From Candidatus Multivoradales bacterium (GTDB taxonomy: Bacteria; Acidobacteriota; Thermoanaerobaculia; Multivoradales; J023): DNA of 64,000 bases. Below, piece by piece: positions 1 to 10,215 of this stretch. Positions within the stretch are counted from its first letter, which is position 1; each line of letters starts with the position of its first letter. The position numbers and the translations under genes are program-made. The DNA lies in assembly GCA_965248925.1 (NCBI GenBank), contig CBDFLE010000005.1, positions 256,001 to 320,000 of the forward strand, written 5' to 3'. A model generated the notes under the pieces. It did no database searches and was not told where the DNA came from. It saw only the letters and a list, made by a program, of their open reading frames with translations.

Positions 1-1297
1 GCACATGCTCGTAGAACAGGCCGCTGCCGGCAATGCCGACCGCGGCGGGGTCCGCGGCATCAAAAAGTACGGCGGCATCCACCAGCCCGATTCCGTTGCC
101 GGCGCCGTTCTCGCTGGCACCGTTCTCGCTGGAGAAGTTGCGGAGGATGGTGTTGATCCGGCTGTCGGCACGAAACCGTAGGGCATCGAGGTCGCGGGCC
201 ATATCGAGGGAGCTGGCGGCTGCTGGATCGCCGGCTTGTAACTCGGCCAGTCCCAGGCGGTAGTGCAGCTCGGCGTGGCGATCGTCGATCTGCCGAGCGC
301 CGCGGAAAAGCCCGATTGCTGAGTGAATGTCACCCTGCTGGAGTTGGTGGGTCGCGGCATCGACCTGCTCCTGCCACTGCTTGAGGTCCCCGGTGCTCAG
401 ACCCGCGCGGTGCAGCGAAGCGAAGGGTGGACTGTCGAGACGATTGCTGGCAACGGTCGATAGAATCACCTCGGCGCCGCTATGATCGGCCAGCCTGAGC
501 AAGTCTTCGAGATTGGCTTGCAGATGCTCGTAGACCTTCTGCAAGCGGTCGTCGTCGGCCGCCAGCTGTTGCTCTAGGAACATCTCCATGCCGCGCCATT
601 CGCCTGCCGGATCATGGTTCGGGCCGAGGATTCTTGCGGTGAGCTGGCCGAGGCGAAACTCCTGGACCTTCGAGCTGGCGCGAATCGCTCTCAGGCTGGG
701 GGAGAAGGGGCTGAAGACGGTGGCGGCGCCGTAGGGGCCCACCACTTCGTTATTGCCCATGTAGACGAGGAAGAAGTCGGGCTGAAAGCGGCTGCAATCC
801 TTGGCGATCTGCAACACAACGTGAGAGTTGATGGCCGCCATGGCGGCGTTGTGAACTTCGAAATGGCGCTCCGGGTAACGCTGGCGCAAGAGGTGTTCGA
901 GTAGCCGAGCGAGTCCGAAAGCGGGTTCCGGAGTGCCCATCGCCGCCGAGCCTCCGAGAACGAAGATTCGCACTGTGTCGGCGGGCTTGGGCTGCTTGAT
1001 CTCCAGCGGTACCGGAGTGCGAGCGAGGGCTGGCGGGAAGTAGCGCCAAGCAAATCGGGGATTGCTGGCCCAAATACCGGGCCGCCCTTCGACCGGCACC
1101 AGAAAACGGCTGTCCCAGCCCATCCCGGCGATTCGCAGCACCCCTTCGCTAGCGACCAAGGCCAAGACAGCCAGGAAAAGTGCCAAGAAGCGGAACCCCC
1201 ACAGGCGTGCTTTGCCGGGTGGCGCGCTCGAGATGCCGCCAGCCGATGCGGAGCTTGGAGGCGCGGCAGTTGCGGCGGGGTGGGTTGATTGGGCCAT
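1..1297 (-). CDS. SGNH/GDSL-hydrolase-like membrane-anchored protein with TPR region (runs off left edge)
   Basis: Not in the ORF track. Manual translation from ATG at 1297 gives an N-terminal TM (FRFLALFLAVLALV), VRIFVLGGSAAMG (block I), YMGNNEVVGPYG (block III) and in-frame LFYEHV at the window edge (block V-like). Confidence 0.75.
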   Translation of the reverse strand, partial: MAQSTHPAATAAPPSSASAGGISSAPPGKARLWGFRFLALFLAVLALVASEGVLRIAGMGWDSRFLVPVEGRPGIWASNPRFAWRYFPPALARTPVPLEIKQPKPADTVRIFVLGGSAAMGTPEPAFGLARLLEHLLRQRYPERHFEVHNAAMAAINSHVVLQIAKDCSRFQPDFFLVYMGNNEVVGPYGAATVFSPFSPSLRAIRASSKVQEFRLGQLTARILGPNHDPAGEWRGMEMFLEQQLAADDDRLQKVYEHLQANLEDLLRLADHSGAEVILSTVASNRLDSPPFASLHRAGLSTGDLKQWQEQVDAATHQLQQGDIHSAIGLFRGARQIDDRHAELHYRLGLAELQAGDPAAASSLDMARDLDALRFRADSRINTILRNFSSENGASENGAGNGIGLVDAAVLFDAADPAAVGIAGSGLFYEHV

Positions 1298-1327
1298 GGT
1301 GTAGTGCGGTTGAGGTATGGGTGAAGG

Positions 1328-2878
1328 GTGTTGACAATGGGTTGGCATGTTATCTTCTCAGTCCTACTGGCGAAAGCTGAAGTGCTGACCTGGCGGTCGT
1401 TGAATCCCAATATCTTGTCGAACTTGCGCCCCCGATCGGGACCCATCCTCGAAGCCTTCTTCGCTACCTGCGCGCGGCGCGGTGAGGATCTGGCTGTGCT
1501 TTCTCGCGGTGAGGCCCGGAGCACTAGCTTTGTGGGTCTTGCCGAGCAGGTCGAGCAGTGGGCTGAAGGTTTGCAGGCCATGCTGGCTGTCTCGAGTTCT
1601 GCCGGGCCGAGACCCGTGGCGCTAGCGGTGGGCAACCGGGGAGCTTTCATCGAGTTGTTCTTTGCCCTGCGCCGGCTGGGACGAGCGGTGGTGATTGTCG
1701 ATGCGGCAGCTTCTGCCGACTGCCGTTTGGAGATCTGCCGGCGCTTCGGTGTGGGGGACTTGATCGAGACTGCAGCAGAGCAAGCCGGGGAGGCGCTCGG
1801 CCAAGGTCTGTGGCTGCGCCGATTGACGGTTGTCGCGCCGGTCGAGTTGCCGCCGGCAACGGCGCTGGTCAAGCTGACCTCGGGTAGCACGGGTGAACCG
1901 GTCGGAGCGTGTTTCGATGAAGCGGCCCTGCGGGCGGGTATCGAGCAGATTGCCGCCGCGATGGAGCTGCAAGCCGGCGACCGGGCGTTGATCACCATTC
2001 CTTTGTCGCACTCCTATGGTTTTGACAACGCGGTGTTATCGCTGGCGGTAGTGGGTACCAGCTTGCTGCTGGAGCCTTCTTTCTTTCCCCACGCTTTGCT
2101 GCGAGCAGCGAGAGACAGCGAAGCCACTTTTTTGCCGCTGGTGCCGCCCTTGGTGCGGTCTTTGGCGCAGGCGGATTGGCCGGCGGGGCTGCGGTTGCGG
2201 CGGGTGATCTGTGCCGGCGCGCCACTCGACGAAGAAGTGGCCGCCGCCTTTTATCGGGTCAGTGGGTTGGCGGTGCATAATTTCTACGGCTCGTCGGAGA
2301 CTGGCGGTATTTGTTTTGAGCGGCAGCCGCTGGATCCCGCTGCGCCGGGCACCGTCGGTGAGCCGCTGCCAGGAGTGCAGGTCGAGCTCGATGATGGCCG
2401 GGTGACGGTTCTCTCGGCGGCCAATTCGATCGGCACTCCGGGGCGTCCTGGTCGGGCTCCGGCCGCTGCTATCGTTACCGGTGACACCGGCGTTTGGGAT
2501 GAAGGTGGGCGGTTGAGATTGACCGGTCGAAGCGCCGATATTCTCAATATCGGTGGCCGCAAAGTGGCGATAGCGAGGATCGAGCAAGCGCTGCTGCAAC
2601 TCGCTGGGGTGCACCAAGCAGCCGTGGTGGGCGTCGCTGACCGCAGCCGTGGAGATTTATCAATGGCGTTCTTGGTGGCCGATCGGTGGCCGATAGATAC
2701 CCGTGGTCTGGCTGCCGGCCTGGTGCCGCGCCGGCTGAGCCGAATCGATCAGCTGCCCTACAATAGCCGTGGCAAGCTCGACCGCGCTCTTCTACGCCGT
2801 CGAGCGGCGGCGAATGTGGCGGCTGATTCGCCGTCGACCGCCGCCAGTCCAATGAAGACTCCAGCAGATAAGAGCTGA
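1328..2878 (+). CDS. AMP-dependent acyl-CoA/acyl-ACP synthetase (ANL family)
   Basis: LTSGSTGEP P-loop, YGSSETGG, TGD, GR..D, PYNSRGK. True start may be TTG ~1400. Confidence 0.9.
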   Translation: MLTMGWHVIFSVLLAKAEVLTWRSLNPNILSNLRPRSGPILEAFFATCARRGEDLAVLSRGEARSTSFVGLAEQVEQWAEGLQAMLAVSSSAGPRPVALAVGNRGAFIELFFALRRLGRAVVIVDAAASADCRLEICRRFGVGDLIETAAEQAGEALGQGLWLRRLTVVAPVELPPATALVKLTSGSTGEPVGACFDEAALRAGIEQIAAAMELQAGDRALITIPLSHSYGFDNAVLSLAVVGTSLLLEPSFFPHALLRAARDSEATFLPLVPPLVRSLAQADWPAGLRLRRVICAGAPLDEEVAAAFYRVSGLAVHNFYGSSETGGICFERQPLDPAAPGTVGEPLPGVQVELDDGRVTVLSAANSIGTPGRPGRAPAAAIVTGDTGVWDEGGRLRLTGRSADILNIGGRKVAIARIEQALLQLAGVHQAAVVGVADRSRGDLSMAFLVADRWPIDTRGLAAGLVPRRLSRIDQLPYNSRGKLDRALLRRRAAANVAADSPSTAASPMKTPADKS

Positions 2879-2882
2879 ACGG

Positions 2883-4130
2883 ATGAGCATCGAGACCAAC
2901 AACAGCAGCAGCGGGCGGGTGGCGATTGTCGGCATGGGAGCGGTGACTGGTTGGGGATGGGGCGTTGAGCCGCTGTGGCAAGGGCTGTTGGCGGGGGTGA
3001 GTGGGATTCGCCCCTTCGATCGTTTCGACCCCACTCCTCACCGCACATCTCTAGCTTGCCAGGTGCCGCCGCCCAAGACTCGACCGCGGCAGGACCGGCG
3101 CTTGTCGCAAGCCGATGGATATGCCTTGGCCGCTGCTGAGGAGGCCATGCAGCAAGCTGGCGACCTTCACCAGCCGACGCTGTGCGGGGTGTACTTCGCC
3201 AGTAGCACCGGAGGTATGTGGGAGACCGAGAGTTTCTACTCTTGGCTGATCGGTACCAGCGATCGACGTTTCAGCGTCGCGCAGTTGAGTTCGCAGGAGT
3301 ACAACGGGCCGGGAGATACGGTGGCTCGCCGGCTGCGAACTTCTAGCGGCCAAGCCATCACCGGTCCGGTCGAGAGCATTTCCTCGGCCTGTGCTTCCGG
3401 CGGTTTGGCCATCGGGGCGGCGGTGGAGGCGCTGCGCGAGGGAGAGGTTGACCTGGCGATAGCCGGCGGCGCGGACTCTCTCTGTCAGCTCACTTACGCC
3501 GGTTTCAACGGTCTTCGGGCGGTGGATGCTGGTCCCTGTCGGCCGTTTCGTGAAGATCGCAACGGCATGTCGCTGGGCGAGGGGGCAGCGGTGCTGGTGC
3601 TCGAACGCGAGTCATCGGCCCGCCGCCGCGGGGTGCGGGTCTTGGGCTGGGTGGTGGGTGCTGGAGCGTCCTGCGATGCCAATCATATGACCGCACCCCA
3701 GGCCAACGGCGAGGGTCCCGCGCTGGCTATTGCCGCTGCCTTGCGCGATGCAGGGGTGGCGGCGGACGAGATCGACTTCGTCAATACCCACGGTACCGGC
3801 ACCAAGCAGAATGACGGGGCCGAGAGTCGCGCCCTGCAACGTATCTTCGGCGACCGCGCCGCGCGTCTGCCGCTAACTTCCACCAAGGGCAGCATCGGTC
3901 ATCTGCTGGGCTGCGCTGGCACGGTCGAAGCGGTGGCGACGGTGCTTTGTCTGGCTGCTGGCCAAGTGCACCCGACCCCCGGTGGGGGCACGGCCGACCC
4001 GCGGCTCGGCGTAACCTTGGTTCTCGACCAACCTCTGGAACTTCCCCAAGCACGCCTGGCGTTGTCCACCAGCCTCGCTTTCGGCGGTTCCAATGCCTCC
4101 TTGATCTTCGGCCGGGGTGACGCCCGTTGA
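2883..4130 (+). CDS. Beta-ketoacyl-ACP synthase (FabF-like/type II PKS KS), catalytic
   Basis: SSACASG (Cys), NTHGTGT (His), STKGSIGHLLG (His), SLAFGG. Confidence 0.92.
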   Translation: MSIETNNSSSGRVAIVGMGAVTGWGWGVEPLWQGLLAGVSGIRPFDRFDPTPHRTSLACQVPPPKTRPRQDRRLSQADGYALAAAEEAMQQAGDLHQPTLCGVYFASSTGGMWETESFYSWLIGTSDRRFSVAQLSSQEYNGPGDTVARRLRTSSGQAITGPVESISSACASGGLAIGAAVEALREGEVDLAIAGGADSLCQLTYAGFNGLRAVDAGPCRPFREDRNGMSLGEGAAVLVLERESSARRRGVRVLGWVVGAGASCDANHMTAPQANGEGPALAIAAALRDAGVAADEIDFVNTHGTGTKQNDGAESRALQRIFGDRAARLPLTSTKGSIGHLLGCAGTVEAVATVLCLAAGQVHPTPGGGTADPRLGVTLVLDQPLELPQARLALSTSLAFGGSNASLIFGRGDAR

Positions 4131-5356
4131 GCGCGCGGCAGCCAGCCGTGGCGATCACTGGGCTCGGTACTGTGGGGGCGTTTGGGGTTGGCGCCGAGGC
4201 CCTCGCCCGAGGACTCGAAGGAGGGGTGGCGCGAGTAAGCGAGATCGATCGCAGCGCTGGCTTCCACCGGCCGCGAGGGTCCACTCACGCGGTACTCGCA
4301 GAGCGGCCGGCGGTGCTCGATATGATCCCTCCTCGCTTGGCTCGGCGAATGAGCTGGTTGTCGAGATTCGGCGTCGCCGCCGCCGGTCTAGCGCTCGACG
4401 ACGCTGGCTTGAGCGATCAGCAGCCCCTCGGCGAGCGGGCGGCGGTGATCAGTGCGACTAGTTTTGGCTCACCAGAAGTCACTCAGCAGCTGCTGCAAGC
4501 GATTCTTACCGCGGGACCGCAGGCCGCCTCGCCCTTTCTTTTTCCCGAATCGGTGGCTAACGCTCCGGCGGCTCAGATCGCTATTGCTTGTGGCGCTCGT
4601 GGGGTCAATCTGACCCTCAGCCAGCGCGAAGCGGGCAGCCTCCGAGCGCTCTCGAGAGCGGCTCTTGAGATTCGCCGGGGTCGGGCAGATATCGTGCTAG
4701 TGGCAGTAATGGACGAGATGCATCCGCTGCTGCACGCGGTGATAGACCGCTTTCGAGCCTTGGTTGGCAACGATGCCGAGAGCAGCATTGCCCGTCCTTT
4801 TGACCGGTGGCGAAGCGGCTTCCTGCTGGCCGAAGGGGCGACTGTGGTGGTCCTCGAATCGGTGATTTCCGCCGCTGGCCGTGGGGCCAAGATACGTGGT
4901 TATGTAGGCGCTTCTGGAGGTGGTTTCGACGCCAGCTCGCCGCCTTTCTCGTGGGGGACGGGTGAAGTGGTGCTGGGCACTGCTCTCACCCGTTGCCTGA
5001 GTCGGGGGGGAAGCGGCCTCGAGGGGATCGACCGAGTGGTGTCTGCGGCCAGCGGCTCGCGACGCGGCGACCGTCTCGAGGCGGCCGTCTTAGCTCGGGT
5101 TTGGGGGCAACGAGAGCTACCGCCGATCCTGGCCCCGTTGGGGGTAACCGGTGCCTACGGCGGCGGCCTGCTGGCCAGCGCGGTGCTGGCGCTGGATAGT
5201 GCCGCGGCCTGGCCTACAGCGGGCTTTGCCGAGCCCGACCCGGAGATTGATCTGGTGCCTCACGACGGCTCACCTCTCGAACCTCCGCGGCGTCTGCTGA
5301 TCAGTGCGCTGGCGGCGGGCGGAGCGGCGGCATGGACGCTCCTCGAAACGCCGTGA
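4127..5356 (+). CDS. Non-catalytic ketosynthase homolog (chain-length-factor-like)
   Basis: KS fold motifs (FPESVANAPA, ARPFD..R.GF.LAEGA), but the catalytic Cys position reads SQREAGS and the His motifs are lost. Overlaps the KS stop. Confidence 0.8.
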   Translation: MSARQPAVAITGLGTVGAFGVGAEALARGLEGGVARVSEIDRSAGFHRPRGSTHAVLAERPAVLDMIPPRLARRMSWLSRFGVAAAGLALDDAGLSDQQPLGERAAVISATSFGSPEVTQQLLQAILTAGPQAASPFLFPESVANAPAAQIAIACGARGVNLTLSQREAGSLRALSRAALEIRRGRADIVLVAVMDEMHPLLHAVIDRFRALVGNDAESSIARPFDRWRSGFLLAEGATVVVLESVISAAGRGAKIRGYVGASGGGFDASSPPFSWGTGEVVLGTALTRCLSRGGSGLEGIDRVVSAASGSRRGDRLEAAVLARVWGQRELPPILAPLGVTGAYGGGLLASAVLALDSAAAWPTAGFAEPDPEIDLVPHDGSPLEPPRRLLISALAAGGAAAWTLLETP

Positions 5357-5465
5357 TCGACAACCTCAGGCGTCTGCCTGCGTATCTAGTTTCAGACCTT
5401 CACCCGCCAGCGTGCGGTCGCGCTATGATCGAGTCAGGTTGCCGAACTCCAAACCCCGAGAAAGA

Positions 5466-7973
5466 GTGAAATCGCTGCGCTTCAACCCCGCGTTGCCCCT
5501 GCTGGCCTTCGGCCTGCTGGTGTTCGGGCTGGCTGGATTGTCGATCGCTGACATGTTCATCGCTCGGCCTTTCGACGGCATCGTGCTGCAGCGAGATTCG
5601 TTGTTGATCGGTGAAGTGATCAAGGGCTCCGGCGCGCAGCGGGCCGGCATCCGACCTGCCGACCGGCTCATCGGTATCGGCCGCGAGGCGCTGACGGTGC
5701 CGGCCGATGCTGGCCGTACTCGGATCAAGTTTCGCATCGGCGAGACGGTGCCTTACTTGATTGAGACTCCCACCGAGGGAGTGCGTGAGGTCGCGGTCGA
5801 GCTGGGCCGCTTCCGCCTCGGAGATGGCACCTACATCTATGCGTCGGCGCTCGGCTTCGCTTTCTTTTTCTTCGGCCTCTTCGTCCTTCTGCGGCGACCG
5901 GCGTTGCGCGCTAGCCAGGTCTTCTTCCTGCTCTGCGGCCTGTTCCTGCTATTCCTGGTCTGCCGGTTGCGTCCACCCTCCTACGCCGGCATCGACACTT
6001 GGGTTCTGGGTATCGGCACGGTCGCGTTTCTGCTGCTACCGGCAGCTTTTCTACATTTCTATTTGATCTTTCCGCGACCGGCGCTGTTGCGATCGTGGGA
6101 GAAGGGGCGGTGGCGTGCGCTGGTGCAGCTCTGGCGAGCGGCCTGGCCGGCGATCTATCTGGTGCCGCCGGCGGTGTTCCTGCTGACTCGGGGAGGCCGT
6201 CAGATCAGCGGTCTGCCAGTGGCCAGTTGGTGGTTGCTGGCCCTCTACTTGATCGTCGGTCTGGCGGCGCTGGGAGGCAACTCTCGACGCTTGAAGAGTC
6301 AGCGCGAGAGGCAGGGGGTCGCCATGGTGCTGGCGGGCTCGGTGTTTGGCCTCTTTCCCTTCCTGGTGGCGACGCTGTGGTTCGGCGACATGGTGCGCGG
6401 CGCGGTGTACTTCGTGGTGGCGATCATGCCCTTGGCTTTGGTGCCGCTCACTTTCACTTATGCCATCGTGCGCTTCCAGCTGCTCGATATTCAGGTGATC
6501 TTGCGCCGCAGCCTGCTCTACACCTTGACCACCGCTCTGGTGACCGGCCTCTATGCCGGGGCGATCGCTGGCTTCAGCACCTTCTTTCGAGGGACTCGGG
6601 TAGCCGCTTCGCCTTACTCACCACTGATCCTGGCGCTGGTGATCGTGCTGCTTTTCGAGCCTCTTCGGCGACTGATTCAGGGGCCTGTGGACCGTTTTTT
6701 CTTCGCCGGCCGCTCGCGCCTACAGCGGGCCATGGTAGAGCTTGGCGAGGCGCTGTCAGATCAGTTGGAACCGCAGCGGGTGGTGGAGGAGCTGGTCGAA
6801 CGCTTGCCGCAGCTGCTGGATCTGGAGTTCGCCGCGCTTTATTTGCTGCGTGATTACCGGCTGGTACGCCAAGCGGGACCTACTGACTTGCCCGCTGATC
6901 TGCCGGTGGTAGCTGATCTCCAGGGGCTGCTGCGGCGACGGGCCAGTATTACCCGGTTGAGTCAGATAGGCACCTTGGCGTTACGTTCGCAACCGGTCCA
7001 TCAGATTCTCGCCCAGCTCGAAGATTCCGGCGTCGTGGCGGTGGCCGACTTGGCGACCCGGCGGCGGCACATTGGTATGGTGTTGTTGTCTGGTAAGCGG
7101 GATCGGTTGGCGCTGGAGCGAGAGGAGCTTGATTTGGTGCAGAGCTTAATGCATCAAGCGTCGTTGGCTTTGGAAACCAGCCTGCTGCTTGCTGAGCGGA
7201 CTCAACAAGCCGAGCTGGAACGGGAGATGGAAATCGCCGCCACCGTGCAGAAGCAGGTTCTGCCGCAACATTTAGAACTTGGGGCGGGTTGGCATGTGGC
7301 CGCGGTCTGTCGGCCGGCGCGGGTTGTCGGGGGCGATTTTTATGCCCAGATTCCCGGCGAACGAAGCGCTCGGCCGGCGATTGTTTTTGGTGACGTGTCG
7401 GGCAAGTCGGTGTCGGGGGCCTTGATGATGATGGCCGCCCACGAGGCTTTGCACGCCCTGGCAATGACCCAGCCGCGACCGGACGAGCTCTTTACCTTGG
7501 CTAATCGAAGGCTTTACTCCCTGGGTCGCCGCAGCTTTGTCGCCTTGGGCTACTTTGCGGTCTGCTGCGATGGCCATGGGGAAAGCGATGATAGCTGGCT
7601 ACGCTATCTGGTGGCTGGCCAACCTGCTCCAATACTGTGTCGGGCGAATAGCCTGGTAGAGGAACTACCGCTGCCTGAAGAGCGCACACCGCTGGGAGCT
7701 TTCAACGGTACTCAATACAGCTCATTGGAGGCTCAGATTGCCCCCGGCGAGGTGGTGCTGGGATATTCCGACGGGGTGACCGACGCCCGCTCACCCAGCG
7801 GTGAGTTCTTCGGCGTCGAGCGCCTGCTGGAGGTGCTGAGCGGGGCGCCGGCTGATGCCGACGAGTTGGTTGCCGATGTTTTGGCGGCGATCGATGATTT
7901 TACTCGCGGCGGCCCTCGATATGACGATGTCACCTTGGTAGCGATCGGACGGATGCTGGAGGTATCGAAGTGA
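5466..7973 (+). CDS. Membrane PDZ/GAF-like + SpoIIE/RsbU PP2C phosphatase
   Basis: PDZ-like GSGAQRAGIRPAD, multiple TMs, GGDFY, FGDVSGK, YSDGVTDA, DDVTLV. Start GTG 5466 chosen over 5304. Confidence 0.88.
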   Translation: MKSLRFNPALPLLAFGLLVFGLAGLSIADMFIARPFDGIVLQRDSLLIGEVIKGSGAQRAGIRPADRLIGIGREALTVPADAGRTRIKFRIGETVPYLIETPTEGVREVAVELGRFRLGDGTYIYASALGFAFFFFGLFVLLRRPALRASQVFFLLCGLFLLFLVCRLRPPSYAGIDTWVLGIGTVAFLLLPAAFLHFYLIFPRPALLRSWEKGRWRALVQLWRAAWPAIYLVPPAVFLLTRGGRQISGLPVASWWLLALYLIVGLAALGGNSRRLKSQRERQGVAMVLAGSVFGLFPFLVATLWFGDMVRGAVYFVVAIMPLALVPLTFTYAIVRFQLLDIQVILRRSLLYTLTTALVTGLYAGAIAGFSTFFRGTRVAASPYSPLILALVIVLLFEPLRRLIQGPVDRFFFAGRSRLQRAMVELGEALSDQLEPQRVVEELVERLPQLLDLEFAALYLLRDYRLVRQAGPTDLPADLPVVADLQGLLRRRASITRLSQIGTLALRSQPVHQILAQLEDSGVVAVADLATRRRHIGMVLLSGKRDRLALEREELDLVQSLMHQASLALETSLLLAERTQQAELEREMEIAATVQKQVLPQHLELGAGWHVAAVCRPARVVGGDFYAQIPGERSARPAIVFGDVSGKSVSGALMMMAAHEALHALAMTQPRPDELFTLANRRLYSLGRRSFVALGYFAVCCDGHGESDDSWLRYLVAGQPAPILCRANSLVEELPLPEERTPLGAFNGTQYSSLEAQIAPGEVVLGYSDGVTDARSPSGEFFGVERLLEVLSGAPADADELVADVLAAIDDFTRGGPRYDDVTLVAIGRMLEVSK

Positions 7974-9319
7974 AGAATCTTGTGCTCTTGCTGCTCACCC
8001 TGATCCTGGGTGCCACGGCCCTCCTCGGCACCGCTCGTTGGTTGTTTGGGCGCGACGGAGAAGAGGTGGTTTGGACCACCCGGTCGCCGCAGGCGAGAGA
8101 GGAGTTCGAGGCCGCTCTGGCCGATTTTCGGCGCTACTATTGGGACGATGCCAAGGAGCATCTGGAGAGGGCTCTCGAACTCGATCCGGATTTCACTATT
8201 GCCAAGCTCTACCTGGTTAATGTTCGCTCTGGCTGGCCCAACAAGCAGCTGATTGAAGAGCTGCAGGCGGCCGACACCACCCCCTTGTCGGGTCGCGAGC
8301 AGTTGTTGCTCAAATATCGTGGTTTGCGTCACCAAGACCAGAGCGAACAGGCGGCTAGCCTACTCGCTGACTACCTGCAGCAGACCCCCGACGATCCTTA
8401 CGCCTTGAGCCTGCGTTGCGAAGAGTTGTGGGTGGTTGAAGAGTCAACCGGTGCGGCGGCGGTTTGCTACCGAGAGATGGCCGAGCTCCATCCCAATTGG
8501 GTGCTGGCCCACAACCGATTGGGGTACCTGGAGATGGCGCAAGCTCGCTTCGCTTCGGCGGAAAATGAATTCTGCACCTATCGCTACATCGCACCTGACC
8601 AGGCAAATCCTCATGATTCGTTGGGTGAGCTGCTGACTTTGGTAGGCCGCTACGAGGAGGCCGAAAAAGCGCTGTTGGCGGCCTTGTCGATCAAGAGCAA
8701 CTTCTGCAGCGCGCAGTTTCATCTCGGTTCGCTCTACTTGCTCTGGGGACGATCCGGTGAAATCGAGCAACGCTTGGCCAGCAGCGGTGCTGACGACACT
8801 TGCAGCGAGGGTCCGGAAATGGCAGCCCTGGCTTGCCAAGCGAGGCTCTACCCGCACTACCTAGCCGGCGAGCTGGAGCAGGCTTGGCAAGCGCTCGAGG
8901 AGTGTGACGCCGCCTCGGGGTTGTTCATCTGGCGCTTCCGTCTAGCACTGGCCACTGGCCGACCTGAGGCTGCGGACGAGGTCGAGGAGGCGCTCCTCGT
9001 GCGCCGGCGCCTACATCCCAGCAGCACCTTGGACGGTATCGTGCTGCATCTGGAAGGCTTGCGGCGGATGCACGCTGGCGAGCCGGCGCAGGCGGCAGAA
9101 CTCTTTGCCCTCGCTGACCAAGTGAAGACCTACAGAACCAGCGAAAGTGGCCGCTCAAAACTATTCAATCTTCTGCATTGGTCGACCGCTCTTGAGGCGG
9201 CTGGCGATAGTGCGGCGGCGGCCGAGGTTCAGCAGCGGCTGGCGGCGGTTAATCCGCGCTATCTGGAGAGCGTGAGGATTACCGATCTGCCATCGTTCGC
9301 GGCCGCACTAGAGAACTGA
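7970..9319 (+). CDS. TPR-repeat protein with N-terminal signal anchor
   Basis: Hydrophobic N-terminus; TPR motifs (ALELDPDF..A, PDQANPHDSLGELLTLVGRYEEA). Confidence 0.8.
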   Translation: MKNLVLLLLTLILGATALLGTARWLFGRDGEEVVWTTRSPQAREEFEAALADFRRYYWDDAKEHLERALELDPDFTIAKLYLVNVRSGWPNKQLIEELQAADTTPLSGREQLLLKYRGLRHQDQSEQAASLLADYLQQTPDDPYALSLRCEELWVVEESTGAAAVCYREMAELHPNWVLAHNRLGYLEMAQARFASAENEFCTYRYIAPDQANPHDSLGELLTLVGRYEEAEKALLAALSIKSNFCSAQFHLGSLYLLWGRSGEIEQRLASSGADDTCSEGPEMAALACQARLYPHYLAGELEQAWQALEECDAASGLFIWRFRLALATGRPEAADEVEEALLVRRRLHPSSTLDGIVLHLEGLRRMHAGEPAQAAELFALADQVKTYRTSESGRSKLFNLLHWSTALEAAGDSAAAAEVQQRLAAVNPRYLESVRITDLPSFAAALEN

Positions 9320-9350
9320 GGCTTTCAGTCCCCCCTGCCCGGTAGCGAAG

Positions 9351-9375
9351 AAAAGCCCCAACACTTGGGGTTTTT
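9351..9375. terminator. Probable intrinsic terminator (possibly bidirectional)
   Basis: AAAAGCCCCAA-CAC-TTGGGGTTTTT hairpin just downstream of the TPR gene stop. Confidence 0.6.
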
Positions 9376-9459
9376 CGCCAACAGAATACGCTGGTGCCAG
9401 ACAGGGCCGCCGTAGGTGGCGGCAAATTTGTGCATTATTGAGACAGGAAGATGGAGAAA

Positions 9460-9487
9460 TTGACATTCTAGTGATAGGGGTTATGCT
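9460..9487 (+). promoter_or_regulatory. Sigma70-type promoter upstream of nsrR
   Basis: TTGACA (9460-9465), 16 nt spacer, TATGCT (9482-9487). Confidence 0.55.
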
Positions 9488-9702
9488 TTTGCTGCCAACG
9501 CACAGGAAGAGGTGGAAAGCTGCTGTTCTTGCCACCACTCAACTCCAATCTTGAAACGCTCTGGGGTGGGGGGATCGGCAGACCGAGAGCAAGTCGGATA
9601 CTCATCTTGTGAGCCTAGTCAGAGCCGAGTCTCGGAGTGGGTACTGGCAATTTAACGCCCCGATGCACCGCGCATCAGGCTATTTTTGGGAGGTTACCTA
9701 GC

Positions 9703-10194
9703 ATGCAACTGACCCGGTATACGGACTATTCTCTGCGTCTCTTAATGCTCCTCGGACTGCGCTCGGGCAAGCTGATGACTATCCAGCGAGTCAGTGACGC
9801 CTACGGCATTTCGCGAAATCACTTGGTCAAGATTGTCAATCACCTGTCCGGCTTGGGCATGGTAGAAACTAATCGTGGTCGCAAGGGCGGTATTCGCTTG
9901 GCGTTGGATCCCAAAGAGATCGTTGTCGGCGAGCTGATTCGTGAGTTGGAGCCGACCTTGCGGATCGCTGAGTGTTTTGACGAGAAGAGCAACAGCTGCG
10001 TGATTTCGACGGCCTGCATGCTCAAGCCGGCGCTGAGTCTGGCACTCAAGGAGTTCTTCAGGGTGTTGGATAAGTACACCCTGGCCGATCTGCTTGAGAG
10101 CCGCAAAGAACTTGGCATACCGCTTGGCATCGGCACTCCGCCGGTGGCTCTGCGGGAACCTCGGTCGGGAATGTTGGTCAACTTAGGGAGCTAG
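9703..10194 (+). CDS. nsrR: Rrf2-family Fe-S regulator, NsrR-like
   Basis: MQLTRYTDYSLR, SRNHLVKIV, RGRKGGIRL, three Cys (ECF..SC..ACML); RBS GGGAGG before ATG 9703. Confidence 0.85.
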   Translation: MQLTRYTDYSLRLLMLLGLRSGKLMTIQRVSDAYGISRNHLVKIVNHLSGLGMVETNRGRKGGIRLALDPKEIVVGELIRELEPTLRIAECFDEKSNSCVISTACMLKPALSLALKEFFRVLDKYTLADLLESRKELGIPLGIGTPPVALREPRSGMLVNLGS

Positions 10195-10215
10195 CTAGCA
10201 GGCAGCGGCTGTCGC

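Noticed and set aside
691-1998. 435-aa minus-strand ORF and other long antisense or alternate-frame ORFs (e.g. 11012-11977, 34571-35533, 42853-43764)
   Set aside because: Shadow ORFs of well-supported genes in high-GC DNA, with no motifs.
9662-9676. NsrR autoregulatory box (GATGC-n5-GCATC)
   Set aside because: Spacing and GC-rich centre do not fit the 11-1-11 AT-rich NsrR consensus.
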